DNA from: Antedon mediterranea
Taxonomy: Eukaryota; Animalia; Echinodermata
Reading direction: 5' to 3'
Assembly (NCBI RefSeq): GCF_964355755.1
Contig: NC_092672.1
Coordinates: 37,640,437 to 37,704,436, forward strand
DNA length: 64,000 bases
Shown here: one piece after another, positions 1 through 15,000 of the stretch
Layout of the letters: every line of letters begins with the position of its first letter
Position numbering within the stretch: the stretch's first letter is position 1
The notes under the pieces: model-generated
Told to the model about the DNA's origin: nothing
The model's input: only the letters and a program-made list of their open reading frames with translations
Databases searched by the model: none
Position numbers and translations under genes: made by a program

Positions 1-57
1 TAGTTAATTTTATTTGTTCAAGTAAAAAGTGAAAAGTTGTAATGGTCGTCCACTTAC

Positions 58-3000
58 GAGGTACAGTGGAGATTTTTTAGGATCAGATTCAGTTACTTTT
101 CCTCTACTAGATCTCGTTCTTCCTTTTGCCAAACTTGTCGTGCTCGTCTTTGGCGTTGTCATCGACGTAACAACAGTCGCAGCGGTTCCAGATGCTGCTT
201 TTGTCGTAATGGTATCAGACGTCGTCGTGGTATCTTTTGGTTTTGAATCCGAAGATGAAACGGATTTGGCGACATCCGTCAGACGGACGGCAGTTGCTGG
301 AGACACCACAGCCATCGGTGTTGAATCCTTACGTGACATTGTCGTGGAGACATTGGCAACAGAGTTCGTTTTAAAAGAAGGATGGCTTAAAATAAGACTG
401 GCAGCTGAGTTCTGATTAGAGCTGGGTTGTGAAGCTACCTTCAGAACTAATCCGCTTGTTGTTACAGTTTTTGAATTGGCTAATGTTACGGTTGGTAATG
501 GTGATGATACCACAGTTGCTGTGAAAGATAAAAATAATGACAAATTCATAAATATACCATAAATTCCGAAATTGGAAATATTTCTAAAATTATTTACATA
601 CAGCTTGTATGTGGCAAAGTGTGCTTTAGAAATCTGTATTATTATTAGTAGAGGCTATATATGGTTTGACCTTGAAAAAATTCTAATAAAAGGTCTTTTG
701 GTATTTTCTTGTAGCTTTAGGTGTCAATAATTACCAAAAAATTTTTGCAGCCTTCTAGTTGCTGCGTTAGTGAGATATTGAGGGTCAAAGGTCAGTCACC
801 TTTTTGTGGCATTTGATGGCTCATAACTCCTCAACTCCTGGGTTTAAAAGACAAATGTGGTTTCTACATCTATGTTTTAGTGGTCAAACAACAAAATAAA
901 GTTTTTGCAAATTTTGGGTTACTTGTGCCATTGGTCAGATAGTCGGGTCAAAGGTCATTGACCTTTATTCATTAATAACTACTGCTAGTGTAGGACCTGA
1001 GTAAGATTTGTATGCATTCAATTTAGGAGAGAATATCTCAACTGTTATAGGATAATTTGACCCCAAGGAACAACATGGGATATGTGTCAAATTCGTTATC
1101 TGGGGCGAACATGCCCAAAATCGGGGTCAAAGGTTAAAAATGTGTGGTTCTTATATCTCAAAAACCACTTGTCATACAGATTTGCTTTTGGTGTCAAATT
1201 GTTCAGAATATACATATTTATATTCGGTCTAACACAACTTTTACCCAAAAAAATGACCGGAAATGCTTTTACTGACCTTTGACCAAAAAACACATTTTCG
1301 GGTTAAATATTTAAAATGTCAATGGACACACTGTATGGTATCAAATAAAAGCATATACAATATGCTACCCATTGCTACCCAACTTGTATTTAATTATGTG
1401 ATGTTATTTTTGGAAAATATGCATATTTTATTAAATTTAGACAAAAATTAGTATAAATAATAATAAACAAATAATTCTAGCGTTGTAATGAAATATTTGG
1501 TATAAAAAAGAAAAGACTTAGTTGTAGTTTATTAAGTTCTTTATTTGGTAGACCAAACAAAATGGCATTGCAGTAGTCTAACCGTGATGTTATTAGTGCA
1601 TGGACAAGTTTAATAAGCAAGGAGTGTGTTTGCGAATTGATCTTATGTTACGAAGGTGGTAGGTATCAGATTTACTAATGTTGTTGATATGTCTGGACAT
1701 AATCGTTGCTGAGTCAAATACAACTCCGATATATCTAACCTCCAACGATGATGTGATTGATGTTTCTAGCAATGGCCAATTTCTTGAAGTGTTTTGAATG
1801 AAGAAATAAGATTTCTGTTTTACCAGGTTTAAAAAGAGCATGTTTTTAGTTAGCCAATCCTGAACATCAACAACACAAGCTTTGATAACCGATTTCGCCT
1901 CATTAAACTCTGCTGGATTAAAGCTGATGTACAGTTGTGTATCATCTGCGTACACATGATATTGGACACAATGTCTCTTAATGATATCACTCATGGGCGA
2001 GATGTAAACTAAAAACAATACTGGACCCAGTATTGATCCTTGAGGAACACCGCATTTCAGGTCGATAGAGGTGGATTTGACATTACCAATCCGGACCTGC
2101 TGCTTCCTAGAAGACAAATATGACTTGAACCAATTTAGAGCAGATCCACATATACCAATAGACGAGAGTCTTGCAATAAGAATGGAATAGTCCATGGTAT
2201 CAGAAGCTGCCGACAGGTCGAGGTACACAGAAAAAAGACAATTACCTTTATTCAGAGTTAAAATAATATCATTATGCACCTTGAGAATGGCTGACTCTGT
2301 ACTGTGGTGCTTTCTATATGCTGATTGAAGAGGGTCGAACAGATTATTGTCGTCAAGAAAATGTATGAGATCTAAAGCAACGCATTTCTCAAGGATCAAT
2401 TAGATAAAAAAGCGACATTAGAAATAGATCGAAAATTTGCCATGCAAGTATGATCCAGTGAAGGTTTCTTTAAAATAAATGTAACTAGACCCAACTTCAA
2501 ATCATCAGGAAAGGTCGTACCAGTTGATAAAGATAAATTAATAATAATTCTAAATACTGAAGTCAATTATGCACATTTTCCATAAAGTTATATTCCTAAT
2601 TAAAAATTTCAATACAAGTTGGGTAGCAATGGGTAGCATATTGTATATGTATATATGTGTCCATTGACATTTTAAAGAATAATTTAACCAGTGTTTTTTT
2701 GGTCATTTTTTTCGATCAACCAGCATCGGCCAACAGCTTAAGATCTGCATGGCAACTTGTCAAACAACTCTCAGGGAAGAGATCTCAAAGTGCCTGCATC
2801 ATGGGAGAGGATCGTCTTCTAGCATAGAAAACTCACTTCCACAAACTACTATCGGTGGAGACTTCAGTGGTAGATGACATGGATATCGTCAAAATCTTCA
2901 ACTTAACCACCAGATAAGCTCCGAGAGGTTCTCCGAGGCTGAGGTGTCAATTGCCTGCAAACAGATGAAATCTGGCAAAGCACCTGGTCTTGACGGTCTT

Positions 3001-6000
3001 CCCATCGAAATATGGAAATTACCTGGCACCCAGAAAGCTCTCACTTCTTTCTGCAATCAAATTCTTGATGGAAACAGGCCATCAGAATGGGGAATTTCGT
3101 TCATATCCCGAAAAAAGGTGATCTTTCAAAACCAGATAACTACAGGGGTATTTCATTATCAAAATTGGCTGCAAATATCTACAATCGCCTGATTTTAAAT
3201 AGGATACGTCCTGTGATTAATTAAGTTTTACGCCCCAACCAGAATGGCTTTCGTCAGGCACGATCAACAACTACGCACATTCTTGCACTGAGGAGAATTG
3301 TTGAAGAGGTTAAGAACCATCACAAAGAGGCAGTCATTATCTTTATTGACTTTCGCAAAGCCTTCGATTTCATCAATCGCAACATCATGATGAAGATCCT
3401 CTTAGCATACGGCATCCCTCATAAAATTGTAGAAGCCATCAGAGTAATGTATATCAATACATCAGCAGTTGTCCTGACTCCAGATGGTGAGACTGATTGC
3501 CTCAACATCGACTCTGGCGTAGTTCAAGGAGACCCTCTTGCTCCATTCTTGTTTATTGTCTGCCTTGACTATGTAGTGCGATCAGCAACTACATCATCAG
3601 ACGGTCTCACCCTCCGCCGTAGTAGAAGACATACAGCTGAAGTACTACCACACCTGGACTTTGCCGATGACATCGCCATTCTTGAAGATTCCATACATGC
3701 TGCCGAAAATCTACTGCACAGAATTCAACAAGCCACACAAGCTATAGGTTTATACTTAAACATCAAGAAGACCCAATTCATACATTTAAACCCCTCATCA
3801 CCTTCTATAACTCTCGCAATGGATGGATCAGCAATAGAACAAGTAGAAGATTTCAAGTATCTCGGAAGCTACTGTTCATCCACTAACCATGATGTCGAAG
3901 CAAGACTTGGTCAAGCATGGGGTGCGCTGAACAGTCTTTCAAAAATATGGGCATCTCGTATCAACAAGTCCACAAAAATCCGCCTCTTTAAGTCAACAGT
4001 TGAAGCCATTCTTCTTTACGGCTGTGAGACATGGAGTCTTACTTCATCGCTCTCAAAATCATTGGATGGAGCATACACCCGCATGCTGAGGAAAGTCCAA
4101 AACATCCCATGGTCCTCACACGCCACCAACAAGACACTATATGCCAACCTTCCCCGTTTTACGACCATCATTCAAAGACGTCGCATGGGCCTTGCCGGTC
4201 ATGTTATGAGAAGCTCTGAGCCTGCCTCAAGAGTTCTCCTTTGGGAACCAGAAGAGAAAAGGAAAGTGGGAAGACCTCAACTGACTTCGCTCGACATTCT
4301 GTTGAAAGATACCAAACTAGACCTGAGTGAACTGAGAAAGAGCATGCTTGATAGAGATGTGTGGAGACAAATTATCATGGCACCCACTTAATAGTGGGAT
4401 GACATTAAGTAAGTAAGTTTGGTCAAAGGTCAGTAAAAGCATTTCCGGACATTTTTTGGGGTAAACGTTGTGTTAGACTGAATATAAATATGTATTTTCT
4501 GAACAATTTGACACCAAAAGCAAATCTGTATGATTTGGTTGTCGAGATATAAGAACCACACATTTCTAACCTTTGACCCCAATTTTGGGCATGTTCGCCC
4601 CCCCCCCCCCCCCGATAACGAATTTGGCTCATATCCCATGTTGTTCCTTGGGGTCTAATTATCCTATAACAGTTGAGATATTCTCTCCTAAATTGAATGC
4701 ATACAAATCTTACCCAGGTCCTAAACTAGTAGTAGTTATTAATGAATAAAGGTCAATGACCTTTGACCCGACTATCTGACCAATGGCACAAGTAACCCGA
4801 AATTTGCAAAAACTTTATTTTGTTGTTTGACCACTAAAACATAGATGTAGACACCACAGTTGTCTTTTTAAACCCAGGAATTGAGGAGTTATAAGCCATC
4901 AAATGCCACAAAAAGGTCACTGACCTTTGACCCTCAATATCTCACTAACGCAGCAACTAGAAGGCTGCAAAAATTTTTTGGTATTTATTCACACCTAAAG
5001 CTACAAGAAAATACCAAAAGACCTTTTATTAGAATTTTTTCAAGGTTACATAGGATAAATGTCACATATAGCCTGTACTATATATTATTATTATTATTAT
5101 AATACAGAAAGCTTCTGGGATGACATTGCTTATAAACTATGAGAAAATCCTATCATTGGTAAACTTCCTACTTACCTTTTGAAAGAATAGAGGTAGATGA
5201 AGCAGGAAGGTTGTCCGTGTTGAGAGGAGACACGCGTACCACCGGTCTTAACGAAGCAGGTAGGTTGCTACTAAGTTGAATCTTACCAGATGATACGGTA
5301 TTCACTGCACTTAACAATTGAGTAGCTGCTGTTGAAGACTTAATTACATGACCACTACTTGAATTAACTGTTGGTAGGAAAACCACAAAATATTGATATT
5401 AAGGTTGATATAATAAATGTTGATAAGTTGATATCATTAATGTTGATATAATAAATGTTGATAAGTTGATATCATTAATGTTGATATAATAAATGTTGAT
5501 AAGTTGATATCATTAATGTTGATATAATAAATGTTGATAAGTTGATATCATTAATGTTGATATAATAAATGTTGATCAGTTGATATCATTAATGTTGATA
5601 TAATAAATGTTGATAAGTTGATATCATTAATGTTGATATAATAAATGTTGATAAGTTGATATCATTAATGTTGATATAATAAATGTTGATCAGTTGATAT
5701 CATTAATGTTGATATAATAAATGTTGATAAGTTGATATCATTAATGTTGATATAATAAATGTTGATAAGTTGATATCATTAATGTTGATATAATAAATGT
5801 TGATATCATTAATGTTGAAATTTAGTATAGGAAACCGGAAAGTATGTATGTTATACTCTAGAAGCTTTCAAGAACACATCATTTGTGAATTGCAAGTACT
5901 TTTAAAGGATGTTAATTTGTGGCCAGGTCCACAGCATGTGGGTACAATTACACCCCCGCATGCTTTGGTAATTTGGCCAATAAAAATAGCATTTATTTTT

Positions 6001-9000
6001 AAAAATATCAACAAAATTCACATTTCACTTATATTTCAAAATTATAAAAACAATCGTTACAGTTATAAGATTGATAATAAAAGAGCAACACAACAGAGGA
6101 CACTCAGAAAATTGGGGATGGGGGTTCGCAGTAAAGAGGAGGGGGTTAGACGCCCAGGGCATAGACACCAACAGACATACTAACCTCCTGACGTGGTAAT
6201 AAGAAGCTGTGTTCTCGGTGATTGTGCTGTGGTGGCGCGTAAACCTTGCGTCAACAACTGAATTTGTGATGACCCAGGTCGACTGGTTGCAAGTATTTGT
6301 TGATTGGTGGATGACTGGCCAACCTGAGTGGTCGTTGCCAGCTGGACACCTCGTAGAATTTGTTGACCGCTAGCAGTCTGAACAATTTGCACTATACCAC
6401 CTATCAATTACAAAAAACCATATTACTTATTCATAACAACATGTATTTCTTTCTCTTTCAAAGTAAACAAAATAACAATTTAAATATAAGAGGCAAAACT
6501 CAGGAAGTATTAACATTTGAAGGTCTCCCTCCAATTAATTAACGCTTTGCATATCTTTTTCAATGTTTTTTCCCTTTTAATATATATTTCTTAAATGTTG
6601 TTATTGTATCCCATTTTGAGGTCTGAGAGAACATGATCTGATTTCTCAGTTCGTGAGCAGGGATTCTGGTTGCTTTAGGCTGTAATATGCCTCAGTACAG
6701 GGGAGTAGCCTGTATGCTGCATCTTGCAAGCCATTGCAATACAACTGGATAAACAACTATCGCATGTAAAGGTCTGTCTACACTATCAAACTTTATGTGA
6801 CAAACAAATTAGTGCATATATGGACATGTCATATTTAAGCATATAACTACCATATTTTGGCACATCAGGTTTTATGTCAAACTAGCTTAAAGCTCTGTCT
6901 ACACTATCAAACTAATTTTTTTTTAAATATGTGCTCTAATATGGTAGTAATATGACATCATGTCCATATATGGACCTACCAATGGTTAAAAATACTTTTC
7001 CTGTTTTCCTACCTTGTGGCAATTGACGTAATTGACTAGCTGGCAGAGCTATCCTTGTCCCATGCTGACCCTGTAGCTGTACCGTGATTGGATGCGTTAA
7101 AAACTGAGCACGACCACCACCCTGTTAAGAACAATCAATTTACAAAGTTGAATATTGGCAATTTGTAAATAGTAACAAAGTATATTAAACCAAAGAGAGA
7201 AATGCTACATTTTTTAAAAACACAATTTTCTCATAAGAGGTAATAAGAGTACTGTACATCAACACAACAGCGATACAAGCGGTCATCAAAAGAACACAAC
7301 GGCGATACAAGCGGTCATCAAAAGAACACAACGGCGATACAAGCGTTCATCAAAAGAACACAACGGCGATACAAGCGTTCATCAAAAGAACACAACGGCG
7401 ATACAAGCGGTCATCAAAAGAACACAACGGCGATACAAGCGGTCATCAAAAGAACACAACGGCGATACAAGCGTTCATCAAAAGAACACAACGGCGATAC
7501 AAGCGGTCATCAAAAGAACACAACGGCGATACAAGCGGTCATCAAAAGAACACAACGGCGATACAAGCGGTCATCAAAAGAACACAACGGCGATACAAGC
7601 GTTCATCAAAAGAACACAACGGCGATACAAGCGGTCATCAAAAGAACACAACGGCGATACAAGCGGTCATCAAAAGAACACAACGGCGATACAAGCGGTC
7701 ATCAAAAGAACACAACGGCGATACAAGCGGTCATCAAAGAAAACAACGGCGATACAAGCGGTCATCAAAGGAACACAACGGCGATACAAGCGGTCATCAA
7801 AAGAACACAACGGCGCTACAAGCGGTCAGCAAAGGAACAACGGCGATACAAGCGGTCATCAAAGGAACACAACGGCGATACAAGCGGTCATCAAAGGAAC
7901 ACAACGGCGATATAAGCAGTCATCAAAAGAACACAACGGCGATACAAGCGGTCATCAAAAGAAGACAACGGCGATACAAGCGGTCATCAAAAGAACACAA
8001 CGGCGATACAAGCGGTCATCAAAAGAACACAACGGCGATACAAGCGGTCATCAAAAGCTCTGTCTACACTATCCAACTAGTTTGACAAAAAATAATGTGA
8101 TGTGCCCAAATATGGTCGTGATATTCCCAAATATTGTAGCGCTATAACATCATGTCCATATATGGGCACACATATAGTTTTATAGTGTTGACAGAGCTTT
8201 TAACGATTTATTGCTTAATGATCAGTTCCTGGATAGGCCAACTTCACTAAAGCTTGTATTAAATAAACAAATAAATCTCACCTGAGGCTGGAGTATAAGC
8301 CGTTGTTGTAAAACGCCACTGGAGGGTATCGTGTAGCCAGGTAGCTGCTGCAACTGTGTGGTTGTTGGAACTGTGTGCGGTGAAACCAAGGTGACTGAAG
8401 AGGGCGCACTAATGGTACTAGCAGCTGTAGATACTGTTGTGCTTGCATTTGTTACATGCTGACTAGATACAGACAACACCAAACCTTGACAAAAAAAAAT
8501 TGTAATTTATAAATGGGCCGGTTTTACAGTTTTATGTTTACTTAGTACTTGGTCGTTGTCATCTTGAATACCCCACAAGGAAGTCTGACAAGAGGTATTG
8601 GGGAGTGGCTTATTAATTGGACACTATCTATTTAAACAGTAGCTACTTATATAACATGGCAATATTTAAACAATTTACCTTGCGGCGTTGTTGACGCTCG
8701 TTGAAGGATGGTACCAGTTGATGTCTTGATTAGAACGTGACTTACAGCAGGCGAGGCTGACCGTACAACGGGCGTGGCCGGAGTAATGGTCGCACTCGCA
8801 GTGGTAGTTGTAACAGGGGTTGAAGCAGTCGGAGAAGGTGATGCTCGACCGGTTTCTTTACTTGGAATGTGACTGAAGAGTTTGCCAGGTTTCACCCTGA
8901 CTTTGTTTGGTCTCGCTGGGGGTTCAGGTAGGGAATCAATCTCTTCTATTAGAGGTCTTGGGGTCTGTAGTTGCTTGATTCTGTGTGCAGCATATGCAGC

Positions 9001-12000
9001 TAAGTTTAGTTCATGATCAGCTAAACACAGGTTAAATGATTCAAACTTTATTTGCTGCAAAAAAAAAAAATATTTATAACATTACTTGCCAAAAAAAAAC
9101 GAATCTTAATATTATAAAATGTCTTTTAAAATGGACCTGAAATGGATTTTCGATTTTTTTCATTTTAGAATGATGTTTTGGGGGCTATTAGGTGTTGTTA
9201 GAATGTATATTGTTACAAAATATAAATTGGCCCTTTTGGGGAAAGCCCCATTTGAAAATCAAAAAAATTCGCGGGTGACGTCACTTTGCGAATATATTCC
9301 TATCCCTCCAATGGACAATTTGCAGTTTTTTGGCTATAACTCTTGAAATCTATGGAGTATTTTCTAAAAAATGCTTGTGCATTTGCAGAAACGTATTTAG
9401 AATTTTTTTAGATAAAATTAGTACCGTATAAACGGTTATTCATCGAGTAAATGACGATTTAAAATCTTAAAATCAACGGGTTTTTTCTGGCAATACCGAA
9501 GTTGGCCTGGCAACGTTGTCCGGGATACAGCTCCGTGTGCAATGATGCGTATCCATATTTTCCGTTCGTGTATTTTGTATATCGTTCGTAATTTATACTG
9601 CTAAAATGTGTTAGTTTCTTTAGTTTTTAGTTTAGCAGAATTAAATTAGTAATATGAGATGATAATTAAATTAGTAATATGAGATGATAATTTATTTCGA
9701 AAACGAATTTTATTCATATTTTACTTTGGCTTGACAATGAGCGCAGCAAGTTGTTGATATCGCTTTGGTCCTTGGATGCACATGAAACGGAGCCTCGCCG
9801 CATGATGTGGGTGGTGGATCGACTCCGCGCGCTGGATTGGGGGCCTAGGCCTAGTAAAGGTTTGGGAGGTAGGCCTTCTAAATTCGGGTTTTATAACAAA
9901 CGAAGTACATTTTAGGGACCTATATTTCAACAACATTAGATATTGAATAAATTAGTATTAGTGTCAACGCTTCGCGTATCTTTCCAGGCCGTCGATCATT
10001 CACTGACTATCGGGCGGCATACACGCTCTCGATATCATCGTGTATATGTGACGTCGTGAATATAGAGGCTTCCGACGGCCGTTGAAATAGAATATTGCAA
10101 TGGCGTGAGTAATTTTCGCTAATTTACCATGGTATCTTAAAATTTCGTTTTTACTCAAAATACTATACATTTTGTTTTTATTTGTATGGGTTTGTGTTAA
10201 TTTGATACATTTAAATAACATGTGTGCATTTCTTGAAAATCGAAATTCCATTTCAGGTCCATTTTAAACAAACATACAGTACTTAATATTGTAATAACTG
10301 AACACTGTCAACTCAAAGGTTATTTATAAAATTTTCTACTTTTATATATCAAAAATGTCAAAACTATTTAGTTGTTTTAAAACTTTACAACATGGGTTAA
10401 CTTGAAAACAAACTAAATTTAATTGTTATTTAAAAAATCTTTGATTTGTATATTTATCAGACTTAATGTTGTTTCTTAGAAAGCTCATGAACAAAATTTA
10501 GTAAAAAGAGAGAAAATGAGAATAAAATACCTTAAATGGATCATACTCAAGTGCTTTGACTACCAAGGCAGCAGTCCTGTACACTATCCCTGCCATAGTG
10601 AGTGACGACACGATTGGTCTCAATTCAAACAAGTCTGGATGGTTACACACTTTTCGTAATTGCATTAAAACATTTATAACACTCAAAAACTGTCCACTAG
10701 CTAGAGTTTCTTTTGTTCTAAAAACATAAGAGAAAAACAAAATTGAATTTCTTTTTAATGTACACATCACAAACATTTTATAATTTTGGAAAAATTGAAT
10801 TGAAAATTTAAATATGTTTGAACAGATTGTATCCTTTAGCAGGTATCCGAATAGAAACATAGAATTCTTTCCAATGTTTATCCAAAGGACTGGTTAATAT
10901 CTCCCCTATGAAACGGCCAATGTGAAAATGGTTACGATCTCACTTGGTAGCTGGAGGGGATTTAAGCATCTACTTAAGTTACATGCAATAATCAACTTAC
11001 TTAGTTCTAGACATGAAATCTTCATAGAGGTAGCGTTGTCTCTTGGATAATCTACACGTTACAATATGTTCATATTTCTTTGGTAGCTGTTTTTCAACTT
11101 CAATTTTCAATCGACGTAATAGAAATGGTCGCAAAACCTAGGGAAAACAATTTATATTGCTTGAAAATTGTAATACCTTCAAAGTATGAAGAGTACTGGG
11201 CCACCTTATAAGTATGAAGAGTACTGGGCCACCTTATAAGTATGAAGAGTACTGGGCCACCTTATAAGTATGAAGAGTACTGGGCCACCTTATAAGTATG
11301 AAGAGTACTGGGCCACCTTATAAGTATGAAGAGTACTGGGCCACCTTATAAGTATGAAGAGTACTGGGCCACCTTATATTGGTCAGTTACAACACAGCAT
11401 TTTAAAGAAACCAGTAAATCTTTTGGAAGAGTAGGGGTACCCCGGTGTACTGGTCCATTCAGCCCCTGTCGCTGTGTACAAACAAACAAACAAAGGGACC
11501 CTTACTTAGGGGAGTAGAAAGTTGTGTTATGTTTCATCCACACCCGTTGGCCATTTCGCTTAGTAGGCTGCAAGTCACATTTCATTCCCCCATATACATT
11601 ACAATACTCAACAGAGAAATTAATTTATTCTAGATCCCCACCCCTACACCTTCAATTTGTTTACACCCACTCTCGGCTACACCTTCAATTTGTTTACACC
11701 CACTCTCGGCTACACCTTCAATTTGTTTACACCCACTCTCGGCTACATGCCTGAACACAACAGATAACTTGTAATGCAATCAACTACCTACCTTATGCAG
11801 CCGTTTGATCAAGCCTTCATTATAATCTGTATTCCCTTCTATCATTCCCGTCACTGGGTTTGCAAACCATTCCTTGAATTCCCGATGGGATTGGAAGACA
11901 TGGGGCATAAGGAAATGCATAAGAGACCAGAGCTCCATCAGACTGTTTTGAAGCGGTGTACCTGTGAGTAGCAGACGACGCTGACTGTTGAAATTCAATA

Positions 12001-15000
12001 ACGTTTGCCACCTACAAACCAAAAGAAAGGTATCATTGTAAATGTTCATCTGGTTTCTAAATAACAATGTGTAAATATATGACCCTGTGTGTGTGTGTGT
12101 GTTATAATCTCGTAATTCGTACCATTGGTTTGATAAAAAGAATTTTTTACACACAATGCAAGGTAATTTGTAATATCTTTAGGGCTATTCCAAGATTTTT
12201 TTTGTGTGAAAAAAAAAGAAGAAAATGCAGACTCCAACTTAAATGAGAAGTATGAATGAATAATTATCAATAAGTTCAGATTGTATCCTTTAGCAGGTAT
12301 CGGAATAGAAACATATAATTCTTTCCAATGTTTATCCAAAGGACCGGTTAATATCTCCCCTATGAAACGGCCAATGTGAAAATGGTTACGGTCTCACTTG
12401 GTAGCTGGAGGGGATGTTCTTCAATTTATTTTAGTTCCATTCAAAATAGAAGATTGATTCACTAACAATTTAAACCAAAAAATAACAAAAATACAAACCT
12501 TTGCGATTTAAAGTTTTTAATATTTTGTGCTTCATCCAATATAAGATATTTCCACTTTTTTCTTCTAAATGCTTGATGGTCCTGTATCACTAATTGATAA
12601 GAAGTGATACAAACATGAAATGCATTGCACTTTGTCCAACCCTACCAAACAAAAATAACAATATTGAATCTAATGCTCTGTCAAAAAAATGTGATATGCT
12701 CAAATATGGTAGTAATATGACATGTTCATATTTGGGCACACCACAATTTTTGTCACATAAAGACACTACAAATAGAAAATAATATTGAATCTAAAGCTCA
12801 ATCTACACTATCGAACTAGTTTGACAAAAAAAAGTGTGATGTGCCCAAATATGGTAGTCATATGACATCATGTCCATATATGGGCATATCACATTTTTTG
12901 TCACATAAATTTTGATAGTGTGGACAGAGCTTAACTTGCAATATTCTTTGAAGCAGTTTTTATATTTTAAATTAGTTACAGATTGTATAATTTGGCAGGA
13001 TCTAGAATAGAATTATAAACATCAATGTTATGCTCTCATTTTAATAATTATATATTGTTTATGTATCCTTTAGCAGGTATCAGAATAGAAACACAGAATT
13101 CTTTCCAATGTTTATCCAAAGGACTGGTTAATATCTCCCCTATGAAACGGCCAATGTGAAAATGGTTACGGTATCACTTGGTAGCTGGAGGGGATTAGTA
13201 TACAAACACCGTGAAATCTGTGGCCAGAGGCTTACTAAGTGTTTATGACTAAGTTTCTCATGATCAGCAATTTAAGCATGGTTGCAGCTCACCTGTCGTT
13301 TCTGCTTCCTTTCTTTTTGGTTGCCAAAATAAGTGAGAATTTTAAAAGCAGGACACCATTTCTTTAATTCCATCTCCCAATTTAACATTACACTAGTAGG
13401 AACAACAATTAGATGAGGTCCCCATATACCTGTACAAAACAATGCATTCAAATGATAAATAACACCATTATTATACATTTGCAAAAAGAAAACTATATAG
13501 ACTGTAAAATACTGTATAACACTATTAATCATACCTTTGCGAAAACAAAATGATATAGGTTATAAAATACTGTAATTGTTGCAGCTAAAAGAACAATAAG
13601 TATGTACTTACCTTCTTCACAAGCAAGATGTGCTAGTACTGCTATTGTTTGTATTGTTTTTCCTAAACCCATTTCATCAGCTAATATACCATTTAGTCGC
13701 TTCTCATGCATTGTTACAAGCCAGTCTAACCCAATGTGCTGGTACTCGCGTAATGTATGTCGAAGAAGAAATGGAACTTTTGTTTTAACCTGAAATGAAA
13801 TACACACCTAGAGGGGTCAGTGATCCATTAGGCGCTATATAAATACTGTTTATTATTATTTTATTATATTTGGTTATGAAATATGATTCTTGTTGCATAT
13901 ATTATAGTGTACATGCTGTAAAATCTTGATTTTATATATTTCACCTCATTATTTGTCTTTGTTTTAAATTTCCTTCGCATCGCACAGCAAGAAACTCGCC
14001 AATTACAGGATGGATAAACTATTTTATAATTTATTGTGCTTATACTAAGTTTCATTTGATGTTTTGGGAGTGGAGTAGTGAGTTACAACCCTGGCACTAG
14101 GTCAGAACCCTAAGTTTCATTTGATGTTTTGGGAGTGGAGTAGTGAGTTACAACCCTGGCACTAGGTCAGAACCCTGGACATTGGGATTGGAAGGCAAGC
14201 ATGCTATCCACCAATCCAATAAAAACAAAACATGGTAGAAAAAATGCGACACACTTGTAATAATCTCAAAAGAAAAGCAAGAACCGTACCGCAGTGGTTT
14301 CTAGTGTATATCCTGTTGGCTGGATACTCTGAGCAGTGGCTGCAAATTCTGTTATCTCATTATTTGGACTGCTATCACTTGAACTCTGACAAAACAAAAG
14401 TTTAATGACTATGAATATATATATATATGTCAAAGATAAACTTTGTCATAAAATGTAAATACATTGAGAAAAGTGTTTTTCTTGGCAAGATAAGATAAAG
14501 CCTATGTAAATACAGTTTATCACCGATGATGGTAGAAGAGTTGCAGCCATGCAATAAATGTTAACATCAGGTTAGTTTAAAAGATTTTTATCAAATCCTT
14601 TATTATACATTTCGGAAATATGTCAAAGATTTTGAAATTTTTTACATTATTCACAACATCACCTAAAAAGTTGGAAAGCTCTCCAAAAAATCCGCAAAAA
14701 CAGCAGATGATATAAACTACCGTACTGAAAACTGTTTTAATATTTAGTCAAGTCATCCATTTGTAAATATTTTAATGCATTTTAAACCTCATTACCTACC
14801 TCTTCAGTTGGTTGCTTATTTTCTTTGTCTGGATTAAGCAAGTACTCAATATCCATTGCCTCTTTACTACTTTCCTCTTTATCTTCAATATCTTCCAATT
14901 CATCATATTCATCCGATTCGTCTGTATCTTCTATAAAAACAAACATAATATTTTGATTTATGAATTATTAAATATTAAAAGATACAGGGATTATGTTTAA

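Larger units (their letters stand above)
633..5109. mobile_element. Large inverted-repeat structure (arms ~633-1430 and ~2566-2705 + 4418-5109) in an SRCAP intron
   Basis: 645-1290 is the reverse complement of 4418-5080 (e.g. aaaaaattctaataaaaggtc / gaccttttattagaatttttt); 1290-1430 continues the match to 2566-2705. Right arm is split by the RTE insertion. Confidence 0.8.

Noticed and set aside
7260-8056. 32-bp repeat as CRISPR direct repeats
   Set aside because: No spacers; pure tandem array.
8500-8620. Possible H/ACA RNA in intron 8485-8678
   Set aside because: One hairpin only, no convincing second stem, and the ACA is under 20 nt from the acceptor.
10825-10961. Calling family 1 SNORA30 because human SRCAP hosts it
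   Set aside because: The ttggtagctgg similarity is on the antisense strand and the pockets fit other 28S sites.
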